Assembly (NCBI RefSeq): GCF_037042905.1
Contig: NC_087250.1
Coordinates: 8,930,001 to 8,994,000, forward strand
Source of the DNA: Lytechinus pictus
Taxonomy: Eukaryota
Length of the DNA: 64,000 nt
Reading direction: 5' to 3'
The notes under the pieces are model-generated. The model ran no database searches. It saw only the letters and a list, made by a program, of their open reading frames with translations, and had not been told where the DNA came from. Every line of letters begins with the position of its first letter. The first letter of the stretch is position 1. A program made the position numbers and the translations under genes. Positions 12,901-25,676 of the stretch are shown here, piece after piece.

Positions 12901-15357
12901 GAGCAGTTTCATTGCATTTATAGGCCCGTATTCTGAAGTCAGGTTTAACTTAGACCATGGTCTAACTGTTTGCTAAAATTATGGGAAGCGGAAAGTGTCA
13001 ACATTTTTATTAAGTTGTATGTTTCTTACATTTATTGTGCTCTTTCCTGATTATTCAATGGTGAAGACAATCAGCTATTTCCACTTCCTAGACAATTATG
13101 AATGATTTGAGAGCCAAAATGAGCTGAAATACGATATCTCTACTGTTAGTGATTTATGCAACAACTGGCTATCCATACTTAAACCACAACTTTAAACCTG
13201 AGTTTAAGTTAACCCCGACTTCAGAATACGGGCCACTGTGTCCTTGGAATCGTTCTGCGTCGCGGTGCAAAAACACTCTGTTTTCGGCAAGGGTCTAGCT
13301 TACCAATTCCTGGTATCACGAGGGAGATAGTGACGAAGTACCCGATCATGACTGGGCCCCAGCAGAACGGTTGCCCTTGGCCATAGAGCACTGTGATCAT
13401 GATACCGCCTTGAATCACGATACCGACTAGTATACTGACAGCAAGCATTGTAATCAGAATGTAGAGACGATTATCTGTTTGATATCGATATAATATGATA
13501 CCGATATCGATAATAAGGAACATATAATATGTAATAATCACCGATATGATATGTAATATAATGTAATAACCACCGAGCTTAAAATAAAATAAAGACTTAT
13601 ACTGACGGGTAAACCATCATATCGGGTTATCGCGTCCGGTCAGGCAATCGTGTAACTAATTCATTCAAGAGAAAGACCCCCTAAATTCCCCAAAAAGATC
13701 GGGTCAAGTTGTATATTTGGCAAATAATTTTCACCAAAGATATTGGCCTAAATTGAATCCGACCTTTCCGAAATTTAGGGGACCCTTTACTCGAATGGTT
13801 GTTTTACACGATTGCCCGACAAGACATGATAACCCGATGAGATGGCACGACATATACTGACGATTTCTTTGTCATGTTCACAATATTTTCTAGAAATGAT
13901 GTATATTCATACATTCACTGTTTTCTTGACAATTCAGTATGCTTCTTTTTGTTTTCAAAGGACATTGAACAAATTTCCTAAAGAAACATTTGTGACACTG
14001 ATGGATTTCCATATGCTTGAGATTGATCGGATAAATCATAACTCTTTGTAAGACGGGGACCTGGAATTCCAATCGACTTTGTACGGCATGGGGAGGACGT
14101 ATTCCAGGGGAGTGTTTCATCAATATTTTTGTCCGACAAGTTGTCAGGTCTGGCAACTTTCCTTGAATTTGATTGGCTGAGAGGCGCTGTTACTACGGTT
14201 ACTGTCGGATAAAACAGGACTTGTCGGATAAAATGTCCGACAAATCCTTTCATGAGACGGTCTCCCGATGGAGCTGTTGGTAAAGTACTCAGACCTTTGC
14301 AAACGACTGGTGATCTTTTCTCGAAAGGCAGATCGACAACAAAGATGATGTGTAGTAGATCATCTACCGCAAGAAAGGATCACCAGTCGTGCGCAATGTC
14401 ACGCGTAATACTCATGAACAGCTTTATGAAACATGATGAAATAGTGCCAGGTAATGTGTTAACCATTAACAGATGTTTACCTTTATTGCCTCGGAACAGA
14501 CGAACGATGTCTTTGAGTACTTCAGCCGTGTCCCTCTTCTTCTCATCGGTAATAGTCTCTTCCAAGAGGCATGGGGTCCCTGCATTGATGATACTCAGAA
14601 CCAGGGCGGTGAACGGAACCCAAAGGCTCCGAGCAAAACCTAGGGCATTGATCAAGTACCCGAGGGTGATCTGCATTGCGGCTATCCCAACAAATATAAG
14701 AATTTCAACAATGACAATCCGGATCATCCGATCTTTCTCTGTAGTTATGTCAGTGATGTAAGTGAAGCATCCTGTCATGAAAAGGGCCAGGTTGCCACAA
14801 AGACCACAGAAGATGCTGCCAACGAAGAGGTAGCCTAGAGGAAGTTGGAGATTTATCACAAAAAGCTTGACAATGCAATCTCCGAGGAATCCCATGCATG
14901 GCAGAAGGATGGAAACTCTTCTCCCGTATCGCTGACTCAGGGTTCCAATCAGCAGTGTCGTGAAGATGCCTGGAAGAGAAGCGGAGCAAGTGAGATAAAG
15001 CGTCCATTTAGACGTGATCTTCTGGATCTCCCCTTCGATGAACGCGGTAGAGTTGCCTTGATCACAGGCGCTGTCATGCGAGCTATTAAAGGTTGCGTTT
15101 CCGTAGAGTTCTGAGCTTACGCGAAACCTGATGTATTGCCCGCCAAGTGTGGATGTGCCACCATAGCTAGCAGCCACCAAGATAACTATAAACTCTACGG
15201 TGATCCAGCAACGACGAGTCCGCCCAGTGTTTACCTCTTTAACGATAGCCACGGGTGAATCCTGGTCCGGTAGAGGGGGTGCTTCGTAAGATGCATAGTC
15301 CCTTAGGTCTGAAGAAGCCCCAACGTAGAGGGCGCTCCTTTCATCACTTTCCTCCAT
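6840..15357 (-). CDS. SLC46A: SLC46-family (PCFT/SLC46A3-like) MFS transporter, 6 coding exons, 515 aa
   Basis: Exons 15357-14481, 13474-13304, 11401-11258, 10287-10204, 8370-8214 and 6954-6840 join through GT-AG introns (phases 1,1,1,1,2) into 1548 nt. Motifs: GTLSQRYGRR (MFS motif A), FTYITDITTEKDRMIRI, PFCWGPVMIGY, EHGALFA. The first loop is glycosylated (NAT, NSS, NST). Paralog not resolvable by eye. Confidence 0.9.
7066..7986. mobile_element. Helentron/HINE-like element with internal tandem repeats
   Basis: Repeated TTCATTGACCCTAAATGACCTTTGACCTTGGTCATGTGACCTGAAAC, terminal hairpin GTCTCAC..GTGAGAC next to an A-run. Related fragment at ~48670-48740. Confidence 0.5.
8214..8370 (-). CDS. 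SLC46A: SLC46-like coding exon 5
   Basis: aag|(G)ALFAALG...IPIIIT, donor GTAAGG, 157 nt. Confidence 0.86.
8496..9149. mobile_element. CACTA-like MITE (CACAG/CACTG termini, TA TSD)
   Basis: CACAGCAAAAACTGTGGTGTTAA ... TTAACACCACAGTTTTTACAGTG, TA flanks. Confidence 0.75.
8573..8987. mobile_element. GC-rich MITE nested in the CACTA-like MITE
   Basis: 30-bp perfect TIR TAGCGCGTTTTCGCCCAGCGTCGTACGACG. Confidence 0.85.
9614..9744. mobile_element. 131-bp fully palindromic CACTA-like mini-element
   Basis: CAGTACCAGTCACAA...TTGTGACTGGTAGTG, TA flanks, arms pair almost to the centre. Confidence 0.7.
10204..10287 (-). CDS. SLC46A: SLC46-like coding exon 4
   Basis: cag|(S)TFLGLF...QKNEH, donor GTAACA, 84 nt. 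Confidence 0.88.
10330..10610. repeat. 40-bp minisatellite (ATCACGATAGCTTATTCAGAGTTTTACCAATAAATAACCT)
   Basis: Unit starts at 10391, 10431, 10471, 10511, 10551, 10591. Confidence 0.9.
11258..11401 (-). CDS. SLC46A: SLC46-like coding exon 3
   Basis: cag|(G)TVAGAG...LLIFA, donor GTAAGT, 144 nt. Confidence 0.88.
11510..11790 (-). mobile_element. tRNA-derived SINE
   Basis: Reverse strand has GTGGTCTAGTGG A-box, GTTCGAATCC B-box, shared core and (TTA)n tail. Confidence 0.8.
12126..12541. mobile_element. PIF/Harbinger-like MITE
   Basis: ~39-bp perfect TIR AGGCCACCGCACACCTTACGACTGGTCTGCGACCCGATT, TTA TSD. Confidence 0.85.
12923..13234. mobile_element. PHIS/Harbinger-like MITE (GGCCCGTATTCTGAA TIR family)
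   Basis: TIRs at both ends. Other copies at 28173-28484 (AAT TSD) and 47230-47513 (ATT TSD). Confidence 0.8.
13304..13474 (-). CDS. SLC46A: SLC46-like coding exon 2
   Basis: cag|(D)NRLYIL...VIPGI, donor GTAAGC, 171 nt. Confidence 0.88.
13615..13845. mobile_element. Palindromic MITE-like element
   Basis: CATCATATCGGGTTATC..GGCAATCGTGTAA pairs with TTACACGATTGCC..GATAACCCGATGAGATG. Confidence 0.6.
14481..15357 (-). CDS. SLC46A: SLC46-like coding exon 1
   Basis: MEESDERS...LFRGNK, donor G|GTAAAC. Confidence 0.9.
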
Positions 15358-15658
15358 CCTGATGCCAAATCCGCCCTAAGCGAACCATAAAGCGTAGTTT
15401 ATTCCACAGAATCAACACAACTGTGAAATTAAATTCAGACAAGACAACAAAACTACGATTAAAACAAATATGATGGCACTTGGGTTCTGTATACTTGTCC
15501 CATGATTTTGAAACCTTTAAAGGTTCCCGACAAGGGTCTAAATCACCTTGAACATCCACTTCCGATCCTTTAAAAATGTTACAGTTCTTAAAAAAACATT
15601 TAAGGTTTTGAGTATGTAAAGGACCTTTTTGGGAACCCTCTTTCTCAAGGACTCTATA

Positions 15659-16720
15659 CAGTGCGTTTCAGAAAAAAGGTAATCCAAATCTAGTGGGTTG
15701 GTATTCGAATTACATTTAATTATGTGAAATTGTTATGCATGAATGTGAAAGAAAAACTCATCTGCTTTCCACTGATACCCCATTTGTACCATTTGTGCCA
15801 CGCATAAGCGAATTAAGTGATGTTAAAGACAACAGGTGCAGATACCACTTTTTCCAAGTTTTCGAAAACTTGATGAAAGGGCAGATGACGATGTGAATAC
15901 TTTCATCGATGCCTGAGCTAGAAAAAAAATCTTGATTGGACCTTTTCATTCATAACGAGAGTAAGTGGGCAAATGAACTTGCAAATGATTAACGAGGAGA
16001 TCGTACCACAGTCGTTGGATCAACATTTTAAGTGGCAGGTTCGAGGAGTGTACCTGCATCTTTGGTGGATTCAGGACTAGGACTCCTGTCCTTAGATCCA
16101 ACATCATTCGAGATAGGCTCAAAGAACTCTTTGGACATCAAGTTGTTGCCCTCAACCATGACGTAGAATTGCCACCAAGATCCCCTCACCTCGCGCCCTG
16201 TGATTATTTCCTTTGGAGACAATTCAAATAAGGCATTTGTAATTCCTTCTCAAGATCTTGATGATTTGCAGGGCCAAATTCAACATGAGGTGGATGTTTT
16301 TTTGCAATGATCTGGCAATGGTAAGACGATCTGTCCAAGATATCCTTAATTCCTCCACGCTATCGTTTTTGTGTGCAGAGGAGAAGGGGGCATGTTGAAG
16401 GTGTGGGTGAATAAGACATTAACTTTTCAATCATCATTTCAGAGGAATGCCTTGACTCTTCTTTCCCCAAAAATACTTTTTTACATTTTATTCTATGAAG
16501 CACACATTTAACCCACTTAGCCATAAAAAAGTGGTACCTGCACCTGTTGTCTTTAACATCAATTAGTTCGGTCATGTTTGGCGCAAATTGTACAAATACG
16601 GTATCAATGGAAAGCTGACGGGTTTTTCTTTCATATCCATGCAGAATAATTTCACAAAATTAAACATGATCCGAATATCGGCCCTCTAGATTTTGATTAC
16701 CTTTTTTCTGAAACGCACTG
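15659..16720 (+). mobile_element. Tc1/mariner-superfamily element with decayed transposase (DD41D-like)
   Basis: TIR CAGTGCGTTTCAGAAAAAA(A)GGTAATC, TA TSD. Remnant WWIQD...VELPPRSPHLAPCDYFLW with stops and a frameshift. Confidence 0.85.
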
Positions 16721-17791
16721 TATACGGGATCGGAGGGATTCCAAATCGCACCATTTATAGGATAGGTAAAAAGACTACACTTACACTAGTTCAAGAAGTT
16801 AAATCATTTACTTTGCATCTGATATAGGCCTACTTTATATCATTATATTTGAATGGAAATGAAATAAAGAATTAAATGAATAAATTGCATCGAGGCCTTT
16901 AGTTCGAGTTTGAGAGGTAACATAATTTTATAGCCCGGCAAGGGAAATGGGATAAGGCCCTTATCACGCAACATCCATTTTATATAAATACTGACAAAGA
17001 AACTTCAAATTACGAAGAAGATGTGATGATAATGCTTTATTATCATCAACTTTGTGGTGTTATCAAACTAACAATATAGATATTTATGTAATCTTTATAA
17101 TTTCTCAATGGATAGTAAATATCTACCACACATTGTCATAGGCATATAACTATAAATCCCTAAATAATGCCCCTAATCAGGGATTATCATCACGATATTT
17201 AATACCCCTTTTCAGAATTTCCTTAAGCAAAGGTAAACCGAGAAAGACAAGGAAACGCGATGAAGCAGAAAGTCCATAATAACTACCATAGGCCTAAATA
17301 CGATTAGGCCTAATATTAGTTATTTCTCATGGGATTATAATTCAATTCAATTTAATTTCAACTCAATTCAATTCAATTTGTTTCATTTCATTTCATTTTC
17401 AACGGAACAAAGTAAAGTGGACGTATAAAATGACAATTGCAAATGAAACTTACACAAACAACATAAATTGAGGTTGGCACATGTATCTATTGTTTTTTTC
17501 CATAAGTAAAAAAAAGTATTTTATATAAGCAAATTATCATAAACTAATGATATGAGAAAAAAGAGAGACCCACTAAAAAGAAAATGCTTGTAGAGTGTGG
17601 ACCCCTCTAAATAATTATTTCAGAATTGCCTACGAAGACGGACACAGAGATGACAGAACAAATAACAGCATAAAAACAAAGAACAAGAAAAAAAAAGAAA
17701 CACACACGAGGGATATGAGAACAAAAGGAGAAAGAAATGGAAATAATATACGAGCAGGGCTTCAACGCTGAAAAAAGTGAAAATAATTTAA

Positions 17792-18379
17792 AGCGACGGT
17801 CCAGGCTGGAGATATTTATATCTCAATAAACAGAGTAAAATGCTGAAAATTTGATCAAAATCGGATAACAAATAACAAAGTTGTTGAATTATAAAGATTT
17901 GCATTATTCCGGTGAAACAGTTCTAGGCATGTCTTCATGAATATCCATTAGGTAGGCTGATGATGTCATATCCCCACTAATTCTTTTGTATTTTATTATA
18001 TGAAATTATATTTATTCAATTTTTTCTTCCAAGAACTAAAAAAAATGGATTGACAACTGATTAAGGGCATTAGTTATGTACTGCCGCAACTTGTTTCATC
18101 ATAATGGATACACATTATTTACACATGTATGAACAAATATAATAATATGGTTTCACGTAATAACATAAGAAAAAGGAAAGTGGGGATGTGACATCATCAG
18201 TTCACCTAATGAATATTCATGACGTTGTGCATATAACTGTTTTCACAAAATACTGATAAACTTTAAAATTCAATAACTTCGTTATTTGTTATCCGATTTT
18301 GATGAAATTTTCAGCATCTTGCTCTGTGAATTTTAATCTATTCATTTAGATATAAATATTTTAAGCCCGGACCATACCT
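17792..18379. mobile_element. Kolobok-like MITE inserted in a CR1/L2-type LINE 3' end
   Basis: TTAA/TAAA flanks and palindromic interior. The adjacent minus strand (~18510-18560) reads TFMHDGPRFWNSLSEEI, typical of CR1/L2 ORF2 C-termini. Confidence 0.65.
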
Positions 18380-20279
18380 TAAAGTATGCATGAAATTGTA
18401 AATTCAATGGTACGATTATTCATCATTGAGGAAATGATGACCTGTATGATTCAAGAAAATGTTTTTAAGGTTTTTTCTTTTAAAAGAACTGATGGATGAG
18501 CTATCAATGATCTCTTCACTGAGGGAGTTCCAGAATCTCGGTCCATCATGCATAAATGTGTTTCATGTATGATACAAAGATTATGTTAGTTATAACACTA
18601 TTGCATAATAGTCGGATACAAAGCGCTGTTGGATGTCGCCTCACGTCACCAAAGGAATTACCAGATCATAACATCCAAAAACATTATTATTACACACATT
18701 TCGACTGACTGGGCATGATGGGCCTAAAGTGTAATCTATATAGAATTAACGAAACTAATATTCTTACCGCAACGCTATATCTAGTGGCTGTTTACACTCT
18801 AGTTGTAGGTCTATTGTGATCACATGAGTGATATACAGCCTGCTCTTGGTAGAAGACAAACGTCCATCGAGCTAGGTTCCAAAGTCTAAGATTGTGTTGA
18901 CATGTGAGCATGACTGTGCATGCCTCACAATTAGAATTCTAATGAATTAAGAAAGAAAACGGAAGGGTTTTATGGATCAATTCATCATGGTTTATTGGCG
19001 GCTCTAGCTCTTTCGAGCTACATTAACATGTATATTAAGGGCGTCACGAGACAAGAATCCTGAGGGTGGCCAGACATGGCGTGTAGGGCCCAATTAAAAA
19101 AAATATGTGAGGTAGCGAAGCGACCGAGGAAAAATTTTGACCCTTTTTAATCAATGAGGACCTTCTTGATTGAGTGACAAGATTTTTAAACAATGGTAAT
19201 TCTCCATGTTCAGAGAGGAATAATGCTTTGTTTGATTCACATGACAATGAAATTTTTTTTTTAAATTTATTGATTTATTTTATTATTATTTATTATTATT
19301 GTTATTTTTTTAAATACAATATTTGACAAAATATACATAAAAAGTATAAAGCAGATAGGTGATGTCATCAGTCTCCCATTCGCACTTACACCAGAATGTG
19401 TTATTAGAACTTTATATTAAGTGAAACTTTAAGATGTCATCACTTTCTAAATTACACCCCATCTTGATGAAATTTTCAGTATTATGTTTGTTTGAATTAT
19501 CCTTTTAGTTGAATTAACTAGGTTGGACTCTGGGGCGGACTTTTCATATAAGGTGAACAGTTTCCGGTAATTATTCAGTTCAAGCGTTTTTATTTCTCAT
19601 GTGTCAAATGAACATACAATATCAAAAATGGTACATAGAAATTGAAGTAAATTGGCAATAAATTTTAGATATATACACATACAAAATCAATGAGCTTGAT
19701 TAGAAAACATGAGAAATGTGGCACTTAAAAGAAGCAGAGCTTGTAAAAAATTTAATACCTCAATCTGTGCTTAAATAAACTTTGCCGTCATAGAATCGAA
19801 ATAATAAAGACTGTACCCCCCTATATATATAAAATTAATGACCATTATACATTGCCTTACCATAGAAAAAGAAAGTAAAAATTCGATCAGATACCATTGT
19901 TAATCGAGCAACAATTAACTATTAGGGCCTATACATTTAACAAGCTGAGAATCTTATCAAAATATTGTCCCGTACAAGTCGACTTCGACCTCGCTCACAA
20001 TCAAGTTATTGCTTCCGTTTTTTTTTAAACAAATGTTATATTACACAGTTAACTTACACATCACTAACGGACAAATGGGGGGGGGGATGCTTTATGGGGG
20101 CATGGCCCCACAAGTTTCACACCACCCCCTCCAAAAAAAAAATGGGAGAGAAAAGGAAAGAAGCGGAAGGAAAGAGGGTAAAATATGACATCATTTTAAG
20201 TATTACGTTAAAATTTACCTCATAAAAACTAAGGCATATTTCATTTCCCGTTCGATCGCCGCGCATCTTTTTAGAAATA

Positions 20280-20931
20280 GGGGGAAGTGGGGTAATGACG
20301 AACACCTTTCTGATCAGAGCGATAGCAAGAATCAAAGTGAGCCTTATTCCAAAACTAGTACATAATTTGATAAAAAAACACACCATATATTGACTGTAAC
20401 AACGTCTTTATTCAACATCAAGCATTCCTTTAGAATTTATAGTACAAAACGCAGATTTTCGGGATAACCCCACACTTCCGGGCCACAGGGTAATCGCGAA
20501 CGCCATTCGTGGAAACATAAACAATTAAAGATATGTAATTTGGATTCTTTTCGATTATTCTTTAATCGGGAGAGACAAGTCAACAGATCCCTGCATGGAA
20601 AGTCAGACAACATTCTGTGTTACGGCTATTATATCGTGACAGCAGAACCTCACCTCTCCTAGGAGATATTGAGATGTTCGGGATTACCCCGCGTTCGGGA
20701 TTACCCCACTCTTCATTCTTCAATGAAGGAAACGTAAAAAAGCGAAAATCTGTCATATGCATTTTCTCGATTATTCTTTAATCGGAAGAGACCAGTCAAC
20801 AGATCCGTGCATAGGAATTCAGACAACATTCTGTGTTACGGCTATTATGCCATGACAGCAGGACCTCACCTCTCCTATAGATATTATGGTGTTCGGGATT
20901 ACCCCGCGTTCGGGATTACCCCACTCTCCCC
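20280..20931. mobile_element. TA-flanked TIR element with an internal ~215-bp direct duplication
   Basis: GGGGGAAGTGGGGTAAT...ATTACCCCACTCTCCCC with TA flanks. ~20545-20710 is repeated at ~20765-20925. Confidence 0.65.
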
Positions 20932-23900
20932 TACTGCTCCCATACAGCATATCTGTCTCCCACCTCACATGCTACTGGCATATACATGCACAAAATCAAA
21001 CATATTATGGTTCTGATGAATATCAGTATAAGAAATTGAACCCAATATATTTTTAGTACCGCATATTACACGATCCTAGATTTGCGTACAACCTAACAAA
21101 ACATGAAAACTATTATGCATGTATGTATTGCATTAGATTATCCAATAACGCAAAAGCTTAGTATGAAGTCTTCTTGTTATTAATGAGGGTATAAGGACTG
21201 AACTTTTTCAGTGTTGTTAAAGTTGTTATAGAGCATAGACACACAAGAGAGTAAATTAAAAGGGACGTACTGTACTTACCGGCAGTTATTTCGACAGGTT
21301 TTAATCTTGGCCTTATCGTGAAATTTGTCACCTCTCTTCTCGTGTGTGTCGGTGTGTGCGCGCTCGTTGTGTACAAAGTCAATGGGAGTGGAAAGATGTC
21401 ACCACCGCTGACGAAATAAACGGCAGTGAATGGACTGGTGACATAAACCACGATATCTGTAGGCCTATATATTCAAAGAAACATCTGTGTTACAGGCAAA
21501 TTCTGCATACTGGTATGCTCGATCTGATTAGAACGGAGATAATTGACATAGACTATAGAGCTAGTACCATTCTTCTTCAAGCTCTACGTACACTGCCTAT
21601 AACAAACATCGATACTGTAATTAAAAGCTTGTCCTGAAAATGTTGCCGTGATATTATGGAAGCTTTTTCATTCGTGTGGATAATTATGCAATACATAGGT
21701 TGAAAATTCTATACACTGTCCAATAGTTGATCTGAACTTATTGTGTTCTTCCACTCGATCATGACGTCTATTTGAGCAGGTTGAGTACTAGTAGTCTGCA
21801 GAGATCAGACCTCGTTGAAACTCTAAAAGAGTTCATATGTCTGGCCAGCCTGGGGATAAGTTTGCCAAGAACGTATGTGAGTTTGAAATATGCATATTGC
21901 CTATACCACCCCTCCCTCACTGACACACATACACACCATTATTGGGTGTGCACACCATTCAGTTGAGTCGGATATCAAATCTTTTAACACTCTCTTGCAT
22001 AGTGTCACTCACGCTCTTATTGTTGTCCTCTTAAAATTGTATGCGTGGACCAGAATCCTGTGTTATTATGACAGTTTACAATGATTACATATTCATTTAT
22101 ATTGTATATTTATATTATTCATTTTACTATTCCTTGCTCCTTGTGAAAACCTTTTTCAATAACGTGATAGCATCCTAATTCATTCAATTCATTCATTTAA
22201 AAAATATTTAGTGTAAATTCTTGCCAAACTATTTAATTTTATGATCTTTTCTAATTAGTAACAACATATATCATGTCATTTTTGTTATTTTGTTTGATTT
22301 ACCGTATATGTTATGCTTCTTTCATATGTGTTTACTTTTTACTTTGTATTGTATATGGACCCCATGGAAGAACAGTAGCCTATAGTCTTGTCGACTAAAC
22401 TGAAAATGTGCTATCCATCCGTTTGGCATTTTTTTTGTTTTTATACGGAAAATAAATACTATACTATACTATATGCGCGCGGATCGGGGGCGGGGGGGGG
22501 GGGGGGTAATATACTGCGGTCTGTTCATCCTCTTTCTCTCTCTCTCTGATCACCTCCTCACTGTCCTACTTTTGATCTGTCACCATCTCTCTCTCTCTCT
22601 TAACATCTATTCGCTCTATATACTGCCCCCTCCCCTCTCCTCCTTTCTCCCTCTCTTGGATCTCCCCCTTTAAAAAAAATTCAGATACGACGAATGGAGC
22701 ACCACCTCGAGTTCTCAACTGCTCGTACCTGGCCAGATTCCTGACCCATAATGCTAGTGTAGTCTAGTAATATAGACCCACTTGAATGATAACACGCTAA
22801 TCAACTACTCAATACATTTATACCGCAATAATTATGTTACCAAGTAGCAAAACAATTACTTTTTCCTCTCAAAACGTTTTAGTTTCTCTATACATTAATG
22901 CAATTATAGGTCAATTTATTTTCTGTAGTTTCAGTAGATATCTGAAAACGTATATTTTAATACTATCAGTCAATGAGAGACCACACACAGTTCACTCCCC
23001 AGTTGGTGTATTCTTTTAATGGTTCTTTCAGTGAGTATAAACAAACTGACATCATAAATTTCATAACGTCATAACTGCATAGACATCATATTATGACAAC
23101 TTCATAAATAATATCATTTTCATCAAGGTACCAGTACAATAAGTCATTCATAAACATATAGACCCTACACAAATTTCCAACTTATTTAAATATTGATCCA
23201 TTCATTTGGAATATGCATATTATTTTAACATGAAAAAGTGGAGGGGTCTACAAAAAAGCTAGTTAGTAAGATATAGACCCCCACCCCTACTCTCTCCCTC
23301 TTACTCTCTTTTATTTCTCTGTCTCACTTCTACCCCTCTCCTTCCCCCGTTTCCTCATTCCTATGTAGTCTCTCCACTGTCTCCTCGCTTTGTGCTCCCC
23401 TCTCTTCTTCCTCCTCTTGAACTCCACCCCCTCCCCAATCATCCCGCCCCCACAATGCGCATCTAGCTCACCCAAACACAACCAAAATATGACTTCATTG
23501 GCCAAGTACACTCAAAGTAACACAACAGGATCAGAGCAAACCAAATCACTTTCAGCAATAAGTCAATAGTAGGTCGCTATCTTTTATTCTCATCAATATA
23601 TACAATAACATACATTCTGTTTAGTACATATTAGAACATATTAAGGTGTAAAGTATAGAAAATCTTTTTAAAACATTCTTAATTTTTTTGTTGCAAAATG
23701 ACATATTCTCATCACATGAGTAGATAATTACATGTGTGTGTGTATATATATATATTCCTAATATATATATATATATAAAGAATGGGGCCATATTTAAATC
23801 ACATTTTACTGGATTTATTTGGAGCCATATATCGTTGCTGTTGTGTGGAATCCTAATAAAAAAAAAGGACAGCGGATCCCCAACCACAAAAAAGAGGATG

Positions 23901-24776
23901 CCTTAAGTAGTCAACATAAGCACCTTCTTTTGTCTAAAAAGAAATCTCTATAGGAATCAGGAGACTGAAGAAGTCGATATAAGGGGGCGACCATATACTT
24001 AGTAAAATCTCTAAATACCTTCCAGAAAGGCTTTCAGTGGTCCCTGTAATTATGAGAGTAAACAAATCCTTGCCTGTTCCATAAACTCCAAGATTGATTT
24101 TTTTCATTTCTTCAACAAAACAATATAATATTCTAAAACATGCTCTTGATGCTAATATGAAATCCTTATAAATCTTGTTTTTTCTAGTCTTGATTAATTT
24201 GATGATTAAAAAGAGCTGATTTCATTCATGTCTTAATACTCTTGAGTTGTATATAAACAAAATAAACTTGAAAAGAATTGAGGTATAAAAACTGAGTTCT
24301 CGTATTGTTTTGTTCCTTTTCACCGATATTTGTCAGCACTATTTCCATCATCTCTAAAATCCGAAAACAAATTGGTTTTTATCAGTAATAGCAAAAAAAA
24401 TCATACATCTGTAAAAATGGGTTAAAATCTTTTGAATTTGAACATGAAGTCATATTTTTGTGTGCAATAAATCCTCTTTTTCTGCTTGTCAGTCAAATTA
24501 TTTGGGATCTTTGTTAACAATTTCTGTAGTAATTAGTCACCGGTCTTGCGTAAAGTCATTCATATTTTACGAACAGCTTTATGGAACGGGCCCCAGGTGA
24601 CTAGAATAGCACAGCAATGGACACTCTATGAAGGTTTTGTTGCGTTTCTACTTTGAATGCATTAGCATGTTCTTATAAGAATGTACTTGGCCAACTGTGT
24701 AATACCAGTCGCTATAGTTGACGGATCAACGTGTTGTGTGGATCTAATGAAAAACGCAATTCAAAAGAATATATGA

Positions 24777-25051
24777 ATAATTTGTAAACAAATTTTTGGC
24801 ATTACTCCTATGTGTTTTAGATTGCATGCTCGATCTGTAATGAAAATCATAAGTCAGACAAAATTCCAGTTCATCGTGATTTAGCCGTGAACCAGAATAG
24901 CCTGGTGGGTAAGTCGCTGCCCGGAAAGCAGTAGATGGCAGGTTCGAATCCCACCGTGTTCCAATTTTTTCTGACTTATGATTTTCATTACAGATTGAGC
25001 GTGCGATCTTGAACACGTAGGAGTAATGCCGAAAATTTGTTTACAAATTAT
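24777..25051 (+). mobile_element. Hairpin element with a tRNA-like Pol III cassette in its loop
   Basis: ~88-bp inverted arms. The loop has A-box TAGCCTGGTGG, B-box GGTTCGAATCC, 3' CCA and a T6 run. Flanked by a 14-bp direct repeat. Confidence 0.65.
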
Positions 25052-25676
25052 AATTTCCTCCTATTTAAGCCTCTTTATTTACAATATATGAATAATCAAG
25101 ACATCAAAGTTGATGCTTATAGTTCATTAAATATTAAACCACCATGTCACTTTAGTACAACTGACCTTCATCTGATCATGAGCAGAATGGAACTCCGAAC
25201 TGGCTTATTCTGGGGTCCATTTCAACTTAGACCATGATTTAACTCTGTGCTACATTTATGGGAATCTGAAACATGTCAAAATGTTGTTTACATTGTATGG
25301 TTCTATATTTCTTTCGTTGTACCCTCACGCTTTAATGCTGATTTCAACTGTTCCCTAATTCTGGATCAATTTATTTTAATCAAATATTTGTTCCTCCTGG
25401 CTTTCTATGGTTGTTAATCATAAGTTGGTTCCTTTTTTGTGCAACCTACCTGTTTTATACTATCATCATGTTATTCCATTTTGTAACTCTATTGTATGTA
25501 ATGATCTTTGTTCACCCAATCAGGTGTGGGAGGGGAGGCCTGTGGGTCATGGCCATTAAGTTGACCTATTTCCTACCCAGGCTACCTGGTTGGGTGAGAA
25601 AGGGTCTAAAGAATATTTGTATTTTTTGTACTATTTCTCAATCTTGCATTGTACATGCTGTCTTGTTTTTTATTAA

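Noticed and set aside
14252..15114. Plus-strand ORFs of 169 aa and 89 aa
   Set aside because: Antisense shadows of SLC46 exon 1.
21560..21830. Possible hammerhead ribozyme or Penelope LTR remnant (CTGCAGA...GAAAC)
   Set aside because: The core does not match CTGANGA and stems could not be confirmed by eye.
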